64,000 nt of DNA. Origin: Lingula anatina. Its lineage: Eukaryota; Animalia; Brachiopoda. The position numbers and the translations under genes are program-made. Under the pieces are notes generated by a model that had not been told where the DNA came from, searched no databases, and saw only the letters and a list, made by a program, of their open reading frames with translations. Below, in pieces: positions 51,750-63,259 of the stretch. Each line of letters opens with the position of its first letter. The first letter of the stretch is position 1. The stretch lies in assembly GCA_051362555.1 (NCBI GenBank), contig CM120644.1:2302954-2366953 (forward strand), written 5' to 3'.

Positions 51750-54527
51750 TTACTTCACGTTCTGATAATCAATAAACTGAAAAACTGGACCAATATTTGG
51801 ACCTATGTCAGGATCCCCTTTGTCATCTATAGGGGTCTGCGCAAGCACTTTGCCGTGGACATTCAGTGCGTGCATCAAGCCGATACAGTCTGGGATCTTG
51901 CTCGGTTGACCATTAAGACCTTCTTGCACACAATGCAAAAGACCAGTAAACATTCTACTAAATGCGTTTGCTAATCTATAACCTCTCGAGAATGGAATAA
52001 GTTTTTCAATCGTGGGGTTATGGGTGATAGGCCAAACACCATGTGGGTTAAATGGGATTGATTCTCCGGTATAGTCGTAAAATGTGTTGCACTCCAAAGT
52101 TTCTTCTTTGCAATGCTGATAAATGTTTTTATCACAAGAACTACTGAACTTCTGATAATCATCAACGTTTCCGCAAGATCCTTTTACCCTGATTTCTTTA
52201 CCTTGTACAATTTGGGAAAATTTGAAAAAGTGAGACAAATGTTTATCTGAGGTAAGAGGAAGGCAGGCGTTACTTCCCTCCCCTTGTTCAGTTATCATAT
52301 TAATAGCATTGATAGCTTGGGTCAAATTATCAACGGAAAACGGCGTTGTTGTATTTTCTTGGCCGTACCAAAAGCTACTGTTTATTTGTTTAGTGCGGTT
52401 CCCTATAAATATATCATTATCTTTAGCAAGGTCTATAATAAGTGTTTTAATTCTTTTGTAAAAAACTGTTATAGTATTGGTATTATTTCTTTTAAAACAG
52501 GTCTTTCTTAATCCATGCTCACGATTGGGATAATTTCGGGATTTATAACCATAAACAAAATTCGACTGAGATGTCATATGTTCAGCGCATTTGGTTGCGA
52601 GAATCTGTTCGGGTCTTTCTATTTCCATGAAAACAGATTCGACGTACTCCTTGGAAAGACCCTGTAGATTAATTTCCAGATCTGGTCTTACTCCACCTGG
52701 TAGGCGGGTAGGGTATATGGGAACAGCCCGGGGGCTGGCTATAAGGGGAGTCCCACCTATCGCATTTAGAATGTTAGCTACCAGCACTAGGTGCAGCATT
52801 TCTTGAACTAGAACCGAACGAATAGTTTCTGCAATGTATACATTTGTTCCTTCTTTAATGGACATAAGAGCCGTTAGATAAGGTGGAATCGTGGTGAATT
52901 CGAGTAAAAGTGCTTGTTGTAAAAGTCTCTTGAGTTCGGAAATAGTTACCACGTTTCCCAACACAGGGTTATTCAACCATTTCTTTATCATGTCTCTCTT
53001 ACTTGGAGACAGGTCCCGAGTCGTTGGCATATAATGTGGATCGTGAGTAGGTAGATCTAACGTTCTTTTTATTTTTTCTTTGTTACGTAAAACACTGTCG
53101 TAGTCAAGCAAATAAACAAAATGGTTCATAACCGGGTAGAACTTTGTATAATATTCAAATATCGGTCGCACGTCCTCATGCCAAGTTGGCACATCAGGGA
53201 TTTTATAGTATTTATATATTGTAATTGCCAAAAATGATGTTGCAAAAATACAAAGTCCTGTTTTGTCAGTAGCGTAAGTATACAACAAATATACCTGAGC
53301 ATCTTGAAGCATGGTTCTGCGATTATAAATACCTTTATATTTTAAATCATTCGTCTTAATCATGATAGTCGCTGTACCGGTTGTGTCTGTTGTAACTGGT
53401 GGACTTATCTCAAGCGCCGAACGCGGTTTACTAAAGGGCACGCTACATGGCCCACACAGCTGGAAACGACATGTTGATTCATTCCCAAACTGTAGACCTA
53501 ATTTCAGACCTTTGACTGGTTTTCCAAACTGACTCACAAAGGCGGTAAACAAAAGCGTCTCGTAAGGGCTTCTTCTGTAAGAATTATTATGCATAGGACC
53601 AACCGTGATACCATTTTGGCTTTCAGTAAGGATGACCTTACATGTTAGTTTACCTTTTCTGGTAAGAGTCTGAAACATGACAAGTTGTGCATTGGCAATG
53701 TTTTTCTTAAAAGTATCCGATATGTTGAGAGAAACTACTCCACCCAAAGTAAGATACCATTGTAAGTCATCATACCTAACTTCTAAAACATCTGAAGAAT
53801 TCACATAACTTTCGCAATTCGACCCAATCATTGCTTTCTCGCCTGGAGATATACTAACAAATATCCTACCAATTTCGGCTTTATCAAAGTTCCCGGTACC
53901 ATTAATTCGAATGCTATTTCCCATATCTAAAGTGAGGATTTTTAAATCATCATCAACTGCGAAAGGGACATGGCAGAACATCAAACCAAGACATTCGTCA
54001 TGCTTAGCACGCAAAAACCTAGTGAACCTCATAGAAGGGATAGAGTCTTCTACATGATGCATTCCTATTGTTCCCACTACGCGACCATAGAGAAAATGTT
54101 TTCCATGTTTGTCTGGATCATACATATCAAGATTAAACTTAATTGATAACGAATTACTTCTGTTAAGTTCAGCCAGGAACTGGGATTTCAAGGATGTGTT
54201 AAACCACTTAATGTCCGTTAGAATGGATTTCACCTGTATGCCAACAGAACCAGCAAACAACGCTGCTGAATGCGGGCGTTTGATCCAAGCCTGCTGTGTG
54301 GTTGTTGGCACCAATCTTCCACGAAAAACGTTGGACAAAGTCAGCTCCATTCCGTAAATGGTGGACATAGTATCACACAGAGTTAATATGTCGATCAGTT
54401 TTGCTGGAGCTGCTGCATACCAATCTACGATAATAAAAATGTATACATGAGAATTCGCACTTACGACTTTCATATCTGGCGTAAAAATGTACGTGTGAGT
54501 GTCGTATGTGACATCGCTTACATCCAC
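51750..54527 (-). CDS. VioB/RebD/StaD-like protein (iminoarylpyruvate dimer/chromopyrrolic-acid synthase family) with C-terminal ferritin-like domain; true 5' end unresolved
   Basis: 925 codons without interruption. Motifs AKLIDI...STIYG, LSIKFNLD...GRVVGTIG and PTWHEDVRPIF...YPVM...YMPTTRDLS...KWL recall VioB-family proteins. LQQALLLEFTTIPPYLTALMSI, QEMLHLVLVANILNAIGG, FMEIERP, ITEQGEG and SHFFKF match the VioB-type ferritin-like domain. Recognised from memory of the family, not by search. Confidence 0.8.
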   Translation of the reverse strand: MDVSDVTYDTHTYIFTPDMKVVSANSHVYIFIIVDWYAAAPAKLIDILTLCDTMSTIYGMELTLSNVFRGRLVPTTTQQAWIKRPHSAALFAGSVGIQVKSILTDIKWFNTSLKSQFLAELNRSNSLSIKFNLDMYDPDKHGKHFLYGRVVGTIGMHHVEDSIPSMRFTRFLRAKHDECLGLMFCHVPFAVDDDLKILTLDMGNSIRINGTGNFDKAEIGRIFVSISPGEKAMIGSNCESYVNSSDVLEVRYDDLQWYLTLGGVVSLNISDTFKKNIANAQLVMFQTLTRKGKLTCKVILTESQNGITVGPMHNNSYRRSPYETLLFTAFVSQFGKPVKGLKLGLQFGNESTCRFQLCGPCSVPFSKPRSALEISPPVTTDTTGTATIMIKTNDLKYKGIYNRRTMLQDAQVYLLYTYATDKTGLCIFATSFLAITIYKYYKIPDVPTWHEDVRPIFEYYTKFYPVMNHFVYLLDYDSVLRNKEKIKRTLDLPTHDPHYMPTTRDLSPSKRDMIKKWLNNPVLGNVVTISELKRLLQQALLLEFTTIPPYLTALMSIKEGTNVYIAETIRSVLVQEMLHLVLVANILNAIGGTPLIASPRAVPIYPTRLPGGVRPDLEINLQGLSKEYVESVFMEIERPEQILATKCAEHMTSQSNFVYGYKSRNYPNREHGLRKTCFKRNNTNTITVFYKRIKTLIIDLAKDNDIFIGNRTKQINSSFWYGQENTTTPFSVDNLTQAINAINMITEQGEGSNACLPLTSDKHLSHFFKFSQIVQGKEIRVKGSCGNVDDYQKFSSSCDKNIYQHCKEETLECNTFYDYTGESIPFNPHGVWPITHNPTIEKLIPFSRGYRLANAFSRMFTGLLHCVQEGLNGQPSKIPDCIGLMHALNVHGKVLAQTPIDDKGDPDIGPNIGPVFQFIDYQNVK

Positions 54528-55039
54528 AGCTTTGATGATATTAAATCACCCTGTTTCCGGCATATTGAAATGAAGATACAATCAAGCAGCACATGAATTA
54601 GCTTTGAACCATACTCAAAATATTTAATCTCCTTCTGGGTTCACGGCGTTTCCCTTGCGGGTCTGTATATTACATTTTCCAATACGTTTACTAGTGCTAT
54701 ACATTGGAGTGTGACAGTGCCTTTACCGCCAAACACATAGACAGACATTCCTGTCACAGACACATATACTGACCAGAAGCACAGGTAGATGTATAGGCAA
54801 AAAGGAGACCTGTCGACAAATTAACGCACATTTGAATTAATCATATTGCAAATAAGCAAATACCCAATACCTTCTAATCCTTGTCCAATTATCGAATCAC
54901 CTCGGTCTGTGCATCGTCCACTGATAAAACACACGCTTGTGACATAAACTTCAGAAAACATGAAGTTCCCTGTTCCCTGAAGAAAATAGCATTTGCCAAT
55001 TAAAGCTAAAATTAAACCTATTTTGTTTAGGTAGTGTAA

Positions 55040-55395
55040 GGAGCCAAGGGAAATACAGGCTTCATAAAATATGGAATGTTTCAATTTCAAAGGTATACCT
55101 AGGTAAAACAATCCTTTTTCAATAAAATTAAATTCCATTTCAGATGTCTGACTGGAGCACTGTGAAGTCAGGTGTGTCGCCACCAATTAACTGACTACCA
55201 AGTCTGCTGTACTGCTGCATTGTGTTATATGCAGTGATTTAATTGGGTAGTGCTCCTTTGGGCTGGTCAAATTAAAGCTTAGCTTTGGCGAAGCATGGTT
55301 CTGTCTAAAAAAGTACCCATATGTCGGCAACAACTGCATAGAAGAATTTGGATTTGGCGTGCAAGCGGTCGGTTTTGCATTGCGTAAAATTAATT
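55040..55395. repeat. Inverted copy of the dispersed repeat at 21900-22240
   Basis: Reverse-complement match over roughly 350 bp. Confidence 0.75.
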
Positions 55396-56014
55396 AATTT
55401 TATTCCAGATTAAACTATAAAAACTTGTCGTGAGCTTTGCCGCTTGAAAGCTCTGGTAGCAGCCAGAAGAAGTCAGGCGTAACAGCGAACGTCGCTGTGG
55501 CTTGACACTGACATGTGGGTCCTTCGTGGGTCGTGTAACTCTTTTAAAGATGATAATTTGGAAAATATGGGGATCCAAAAGGTCGCTTTCAATGGTTGTC
55601 GTATGAATAGGCAATGTATTTTTGTTTGCTTCACTGGCGAGTTTAATTTATGAACTGATGTTACAATGACATCAAATAAACTGTCAAAAGCTATTAAAAC
55701 ACGATTTTAATCCCTATTTTCATTTATCAGTCAGCAAAATAGAAATCTAAACTGATGAATATTCCACATTAAATGTCAAGTCTGTATACATAAAGTGGCG
55801 TTTCTGCTTTGTAATCAAATATTTAAATTAATTTAAATTTGAATGAGTCTATTTAGATAAATACAGTTTTAGATAACGATAGACAGGTGTGGATTATTGC
55901 AATCTAATACACATATAATATGAAAGGTAATGATAACTTCATACTTTCTTTATTTTGTTTTACCCGACACATGTTTCCTCCAAAGGTTCAACATGATACC
56001 AATTATCTAAATTA

Positions 56015-56016
<2 letters not shown>

Positions 56017-56067
<51 letters not shown>

Positions 56068-56900
56068 TTTATTTCTTAAAACCGCACTACACTAGCGTTT
56101 CAGTGCTGTTTACAGGTAAAATTATCAGGATTACAACTAATTATATATATATGATAAAAGCTAAGATAAAAAACAATTAAAATAATTAAAGCTGGTTAAA
56201 ATAGTAATGGTCTGAACAATAAAACTTTTTTTCTGATAAAATGAGAAAATATTAATTAAAATACTGTGCAAATAATATTTTTTTAAAATCTTTTTTAAAA
56301 ACCTCAACACTGTCAATAGTCCGAATGTGTGAGGGTAATTGATTCCATAAAATTGGTGCTGAAATTGAAAATGCCCTGTGGCCGTAGGTTTTGGTTGTTT
56401 TTTTATTATCATTTCTGATAAAACAAGGAGTGGAGGTGGATCTGGTAGACCTGGTGAGACTGGGTGTACTTGGATGTAGCATCGAGTTAAAATATGAGGG
56501 GCATTCACCTCTGGTGAATTTAAAAACAAACAACAGTAATTTAAAAACAATTCTCTGTCGTACAGGAAGCCAATGTTGTTCAAATAAAATGGGTGAAATG
56601 TTTGATCTGAGAGGGATTTTGGTCAGTAGTCGTGCTGCAGCATTTTGGACCGATTGCAATTTTTCAATTTGATAGGTAGGAAGACCATACAGTACAGTAC
56701 AGTAGACTGTTTCCGTAGTCAAGATGTGAAGTTATAAAGGCATGGACAAGCCTCTCCATTTGACTTTTATCAAGGATGTGGGATAGTTTGGATTTTTTTT
56801 TAAGACCATAGAAAGCGGCTTTGCATTTTTTACTGATGTCGGCAGCCTTATCGCACCTATTATCAAAAATTACTCCAAGGTTTTTAACCTCATAAATTCA
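56017..56900 (-). mobile_element. 5'-truncated L2/CR1-clade LINE fragment with simple-repeat tail
   Basis: ORF 56252-56722 has LQSVQNAAARLLT, HWLPVRQRIVFKLL and GHRAFSISAPILWNQLP, typical of L2 RT C-termini. An (ATT)n run lies at its 3' side (56017-56068). Confidence 0.85.
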
Positions 56901-57053
56901 CAAGGAGTTTGGTCATTCTTAAAATATATAATGTACATTATTTTATAACGACATATAACTGTGATAGCATTTCGCAAATTACCGCAAATTATCGCAACAA
57001 TCACTCTGTAACCAAATTCTACCGTTTGCACTTTGATATCGGGCGACGTTTAA

Positions 57054-58243
57054 CGCTCAAGCGACCAAGCTATTTTACTGACCGAAATGACCAAGTGGGG
57101 TCATCTATGACCCCATTGTGCTCTGTACAGGGATCCTCATTATAAAAGGCTGATTAGGGGTTTATCACACCTATACTACTCCCAATATTTAAGACAGGAA
57201 TATCATTATGATATAATGTAATACGTATTTGGTAATAATACTTTTATTTCAAGAAATAAACAAACACAGATTTTGATAACATTACATTCATTTAGACAGT
57301 CCTTCTCAGTTCCCCCCGCACGAAAACGAAGTAGATACTCCAGCGCAGTAGACTACTGCAATCATACTGCAAACATGCTTCAAATCTGCTTCGATTGGGG
57401 AGCTAATTAGCATATTTGAAACACGCTTCAAACATGCTGCTAATCTACTGCATTAATGCTCCTCCTCTGTACAACCCTATGTTAATTTTGAAGTAGAATT
57501 GCAGTAGGCTATACTGCATTTCTACTGCAAATATGCTCCACACCACTACTGCGTTAATGCTTCTTTGCTACTTCAATACTACTGCATTTTCGTGCGGGCC
57601 CACTTGCAAAAATATGCCTCTTTTTGACACACTAAATGAAAACGTATATTATGAAAAATAAATTTGAGTAAAAATATTTGAACTTATGTTGAGTTAGCAT
57701 CCTGCTAACACCAATAAAAATAATTAGCTGATTTGTTGACTAGTGAATAGGCTAATACTGGTGAGGAGTCATCCTACTCAGAACACATTCAATCAACCTG
57801 TGTTACTACCACATCTGTGCATAAAACAAAAATCACAAAAGCATATTGTTTACAGATGTGTTTTATGGTATCAACAACATTCTTTAGATTACTGAAATAC
57901 CCGAATATTGTACCTGTCAAAATGAGCCCCCCCCCCCCCCCACACACACACACACCGTCATGAAAACAAGTTCCAACAAAGCAACTGAAATTAGATTCAG
58001 CAATGCACTAATAGTAACATTTCAAGGACAATCTTCACAAACGACTTGTTTGTGGCTATGTTCTGGACAAACTGGCGTGTGGCTAATTGCTTGAAGTACA
58101 TGCATGTGATACTTTCCTGTCAGTGTTGTGTGGGCAAAAATTCATAAACCAATGTTTAAAAACCAATTCTCCTCCACAAGAGTTTCTGATATATACACCA
58201 CAGTAATTGGTTGATCACTACAAAAAAATAATAATAATAATAA

Positions 58244-58292
<49 letters not shown>

Positions 58293-58423
58293 AAATAAAA
58301 ATGCGTAGGATAAGTAGACTGGCAAACTAATGCTAGGAAAGAAAATTCGAATAAAAGATAAAGAGATGGCACATTACATCATTAGGCTGGAGTCGTAAAT
58401 GACTCCACACGGTCACTTGAAGG
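57054..58423. mobile_element. piggyBac-like non-autonomous element with a nested MITE
   Basis: TTAA on both sides; termini CGCTCAAGCGACC and GGTCACTTGAAGG form an imperfect inverted pair. Confidence 0.6.
57315..57598. mobile_element. MITE (284 bp) with CCCGCACGAAAA terminal inverted repeats
   Basis: CCCGCACGAAAA ... TTTTCGTGCGGG with CC flanking both ends, and internal TACTGCA/ATGCT repeats. Confidence 0.75.
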
Positions 58424-59964
58424 TTAAATATGAATAGTAAATAAGTAATACCAATTAAAATATTATTCTTTAGGAAATGTCATAACGAAACTCTGTGATA
58501 TTTCTTAAAATGATATTATTGCACTATGTTAATGATAATATTTGGATGGATCTATGGGGAATTATATAACATACATACTTCTTTTATATGTATCTTTGAC
58601 AGCGATATTTATGACATACTTGTGGATTGTAACCTTCGTTAATAGGCTGCAGGCGAGGTCCAAAATTACGGGTCATATTAAAGTTATCCAGTTTGTTATT
58701 CGTTGTCATTGGGTCCACAAAGAAATTCCCCGAGAAGTGCAGACGTGGATAGCCAAGGTAAGAATGCTTTACTGCTAAGAAAGATGAAATTAAGTTTCAA
58801 GTTAGAAATACAGTTAAGTAGAAATAGTTTTTTACACTTTTTTTAAATGTTAAACTTATTAACACATTTTATATTTGAAGTGTATTTTCCTTAAATCAGG
58901 ATAGCGTTAGGACGTAACGGTGAATACCGTGCGGTTCTCAAAAATAACAGAAGAGACCTTAAGTGAAACATTAGGAAGTTAGAAATAAAATATAAAGTCA
59001 TGTTTAACCTAATTATATTTCACAACCTTTCCGCGAGTCGAGTAGCTTACCATATCCCGAGTCTGTCTCACTGTGAATGGGGATGTTATTTATCAATACA
59101 ACAATGCTTTTAAAGACAACTACCCAGCAAAGACCGGCCATAGCTGCGGCATAGAGTGCAAGTATAAAACGGTGAACATGTGCATACAGTCCCGCCCACA
59201 GTCAACACGCTTTGATATTCTGATCCCCCGTGAAGGTTGATTAAAGAGCATAAACGTGATGTAGCGATCTGATAACCTGCCCACTGGATCACAAAAGGTT
59301 ATCTAGATCAAAACACAAGCATCCGCTGATTTCACACAATAATAGACATCTAAGGACCAATAAAATTATGTTTTCTGTTTATATAAACCACATATATTGA
59401 TGCTTTTTATAAATAAAATAACCACAAAACTACACAAATATGTATTTCCTCCTGCCACTTATTTATTCCTTACTCTATTTTATTGACAGTCTGAGAAAAA
59501 ATCGAATTACGATTGAACTATATCTTTTAAATGTATAGTATGTTACGTAGCGTATACACTGTAGTCCACGCAGTATGTCTTACACATACTTTGGCCTACT
59601 TTTCTAATATACCGCTGTGGATTTCTATTGTCTATAAAATTTAATGGTATATCAAATTTATTTATTTATTTATTTATTTTTCTTGCTTGAGGAATAATAA
59701 TTATATTACTCGATATCCGGGCACTCGTTCTTTAACTTTCTATGACATTTTTTCTCCTTTCTGTATTTTTTTTTCAATACTTCTCTATTGTCATTAATAT
59801 GTTCTGTAAGTTTGAAAATTGGTCCTAACTCGTTCGTCGACCTGAAATATGACCACCCCAGTTGCTAAAAACCACGGAATATTTACAGTTTTGGGTTAAT
59901 GCAGCCTGACTTGAGAGAATTCCCACCTGTTCAGGACAAGTTTTATTGCGTATGGCGCCTTGTC

Positions 59965-59972
59965 TATATAAA
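59965..59972 (+). promoter_or_regulatory. Candidate TATA box of the defensin-like gene
   Basis: TATATAAA 58 nt upstream of ATG 60023, compatible with a short 5' UTR. Confidence 0.55.
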
Positions 59973-60022
59973 CATCGCATACAGTGCTCTCTTTACATAC
60001 TCTACCCATATTGTCCTTCAAT

Positions 60023-61747
60023 ATGAGCGAAGTACGTGTTATCTGTCTGATTTTATTTCTAGCTGTTAGCAGTATCACCGGTGAAGGCGATGACAATATT
60101 AGTGCTGCGGAAGCAGATCCTAGTTGTGGAATTTACGCTCACATACACAAGACAAGTAAGAATGGAAATTTCGAAGAATCATATTTTAATATTTAAAAAT
60201 GCAAATGGCATGTCACGCTTGTTATGATCCACATTTTTGTCTCTTCTAATTAGTTAACATTGAAAAATATTTTTCATTGACAATCCTCTAATTTTTTATA
60301 TTTGTAAATATCTGGTTCTTTATTTTCATGACATCACTCTGAGCTTCAAAACAAGTAAAGAACCAGAAACTCAGGGTGCATAATACGCACACGTTGTGAT
60401 GATTATTAAGATCGCCCATCAATTGTAATTTTTTGCTCAGTGCACTTGTATTTTGTAGATCTTTACATGCAGTGGTAAAACCTTTTTCTTTAATGTTACG
60501 TTGATTTTAAGCAGACCTTTTGACTGTGTAAAATACACCCACTGCTGACTGAATAAACGCTGTTTTTTCCTCTTAATTTTATAGGCGAACCAGGTAAAGT
60601 TGAATACATTCTGCAGGAAGGGTGGTGCCAAATCGTACAGTGCGTTAAAAGTCACATTCTAACATCCATTTAATTATTTCATTATTTGGGGTGTTTACAA
60701 ACGCAGTAGAAAGATTGTCATGAGTAAGCCTTAGTCATATCAAATGTGCATATCAAATGAATAAAGTATGTCCCTGGTAGATTGTATAGCATATTTATAT
60801 TGGTAAACCCTTAAACAAAAAACAGAACAGTTATGATATGAACATGAAGGGTGCTTAGCAAGAAGAGTGTTTTTGTCATATTTTATCATAATATTTTAAG
60901 TGTATTATTTTTACATCTTATATGTTTTGAGGCGTCATGATCACACGACCCGACCCACTTCGGGCCGTCCCACAATAAATGATAAATTTAATTCTCATTT
61001 AGAAACACTGTTACGTTGTCTATTGAACTATTAATGCGGGCGTAAGCATTTAATTCGCTTTAATGTTTTTTTTTCAATTTCAAACAACCACTCTTATGTA
61101 TGCATGTGCCATGACTTGACTGACCATTTTTTTGTTTTGTTTTGTTTTCTATTTAGTTTTAAGCCAGGCAGTCAGAACAGGTATAGTTGAACCTATTTCA
61201 AAGCAAAGAAATTGGTACCATTTCATTGGTCGGTCAAACATCTGTGTAAAAAATTGCATCATATAATTCTGCAATTTACTGTTATGGACTGGACGACAAG
61301 TGACACATTTATTATTTCCAAGTTTGATTTGTAATGCCCTTGCTTTAAAATAAAACATGCTTTTATCTACCTATCTTTTGGACAATTAGCGCTAAAAATA
61401 TATAACTTAAGCATTTGTTTTCAAGTATACCATAGCGTATCACTAAATTTAGCTAGTGCAAGACTTTGAAGTATTTTTTTTATCGTAATTGCTGAATCAA
61501 ATGATGAATGAACGTGAAGCGGCCCGTATTATTTCAAAAAAATATTCAAAATAATTTTTGAAATCTAACTTCTTTCATTTCCTTCCTTTTTTTTGATAAA
61601 GCAAATCGAAGAGAATTGAAAAGTCCTCTCAGCATCGGTCAATCAGGGGGCCCCTGCAGGCTGGAAGATTGCTGGACTCACTGCTACATCGCCAACGGCA
61701 AAGGAGGCTTTTGTCAAAATCTTATATTTTGCGAATGCTTCGAATAA
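60023..61747 (+). CDS. Secreted CS-alpha-beta defensin-like prepropeptide, 92 aa, two coding exons
   Basis: Exon 60023-60155 (signal peptide MSEVRVICLILFLAVSSITG plus acidic pro-piece, donor GTAAGA, phase 1) joins exon 61602-61747 (long pyrimidine tract, AAG acceptor, phase 1). Exon 2 gives TNRR-ELKSPLSIGQSGGPCRLEDCWTHCYIANGKGGFCQNLIFCECFE-stop, pattern C-x4-C-x3-C-x9-C-x5-C-x-C with GGxC. Probable 3' UTR intron ~61763-62362 and AATAAA at 62444. Confidence 0.8.
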
Positions 61748-61771
61748 CCAGTTGGCTTGAAGGTAAAAAAA

Positions 61772-61818
<47 letters not shown>

Positions 61819-63259
61819 GCCGAAACAGATGGATTTGATGAATTTTAAACTGGAAAATGTTTCTGAAAATGGACATAATTTGTTGTTAGTCGGGATCATG
61901 TAATTCTGCCCGTCCATTTGTCTGTGCGTCTATGCGTCCTTTAAAAGCAAATTGGGAATGGGCTGGCAATGGTGGCGGGCGATCAGTAGAGTAAACACGT
62001 GAGACTTGCGTAATTTATAGACCTATTATCTGACGTGCGCATTGACGCTTTGGAATTTAAGTGTGCCTTTGGTGAGTGCTGTTACTAGGTTGGCTGATTC
62101 TAATCCGCTATTTCCTTCTTGACCATAACAATGGGAAGGTTATTTTTACATTAAAAACCGTGTCACCAGGGATGTACATTTGCTCTTCAGAGTTACTGAA
62201 CATTATTTGCATTAACTTTAACATAGGTTCCTACCATTGTCTAAATATATGAGCAAATATATCTAATTAGCCTTTTATGGTGATGAATTTATGAAAACTG
62301 TAAATAATGTTTTGTTAGTCATATTTCACTAGTTGTTTTAATAGTCTCACTTTCTTTTTCAGCAAATCCGCCAACAACACGATCCTAACTATATTAGTCT
62401 ACTGGTGCTGAATCATTGAAATTTTGATTACTCACTTGAATGAAATAAAGAAAGGATTGTTGCATATAGTTTCACCGTTTTAACTTCCGTCTTTTTACAA
62501 GATATCCTTTTTTATCTAAACCATCGTTTTCTGACAACAAATTCGCATTGATGTCCATTACAGAAAGGATAATAACTAACTTTAATCAACGTCAACTTAA
62601 GAAGGGAAGCGTGTTGTATCTATATGTATATTCACATAAAACTTCAAGAAGCTATACTTATTAACACTAAAATGATACTTAAAGAACTGAACAGTAGTGC
62701 TACACTTTTAATCTTGAAATATTTTTATTTTCAAAAGAAATGGTCCCGATTAATGCTAATAAAGTTACAAACTGCCGTACAACAGCTTATGTTTAAGTCA
62801 GGAAATGTGCAGAGATCAACTTAAGCGTTTCACACATTTAGAGTAATGAATATTTATTTGCACGGTCAAGTTTACAAGGGAGGACGTTCATTTTTCTGCT
62901 CTCTGGCAAAACCACCACATTGATAAAACACCTTAAGTATGTCCGTGTGGTTTTTATCAACCATCACCCCTCCGTGGATATGGCTGCATCATTCTCTCCG
63001 AGGATGAAAGATTCGGAGTGCACCAAGCACTTTCCATGTGCATGTAAATAAATGCATCTTTTTGTAAATATCTTTTATAAAGTAGCAATTAAGTGCAATA
63101 AAATATTATACACTACAAACTAACTTTACGGCTTGACGTCTTCTGATTATTTTGATAAAGAGTCTTTTATTGATGTGTAACGTCATTTCGTTCAAATCAC
63201 GTCAGTTCTGTTTAATATTCATACTTTTCGTTTTAGTCTTGGTATCGGGTCCTGTGTCC

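Noticed and set aside
54425-54464. 40-nt GTAAGT...TAG mini-intron in the VioB-like 5' region
   Set aside because: Very short, and removing it shifts into an upstream frame that is closed by TAA and shows no family similarity. Only the acceptor is kept as a candidate.
51750-54527. Bacterial contaminant explanation for the VioB-like ORF
   Set aside because: No operon neighbours, composition similar to the flanks, and host-type repeats on both sides. Not formally excluded without reads.
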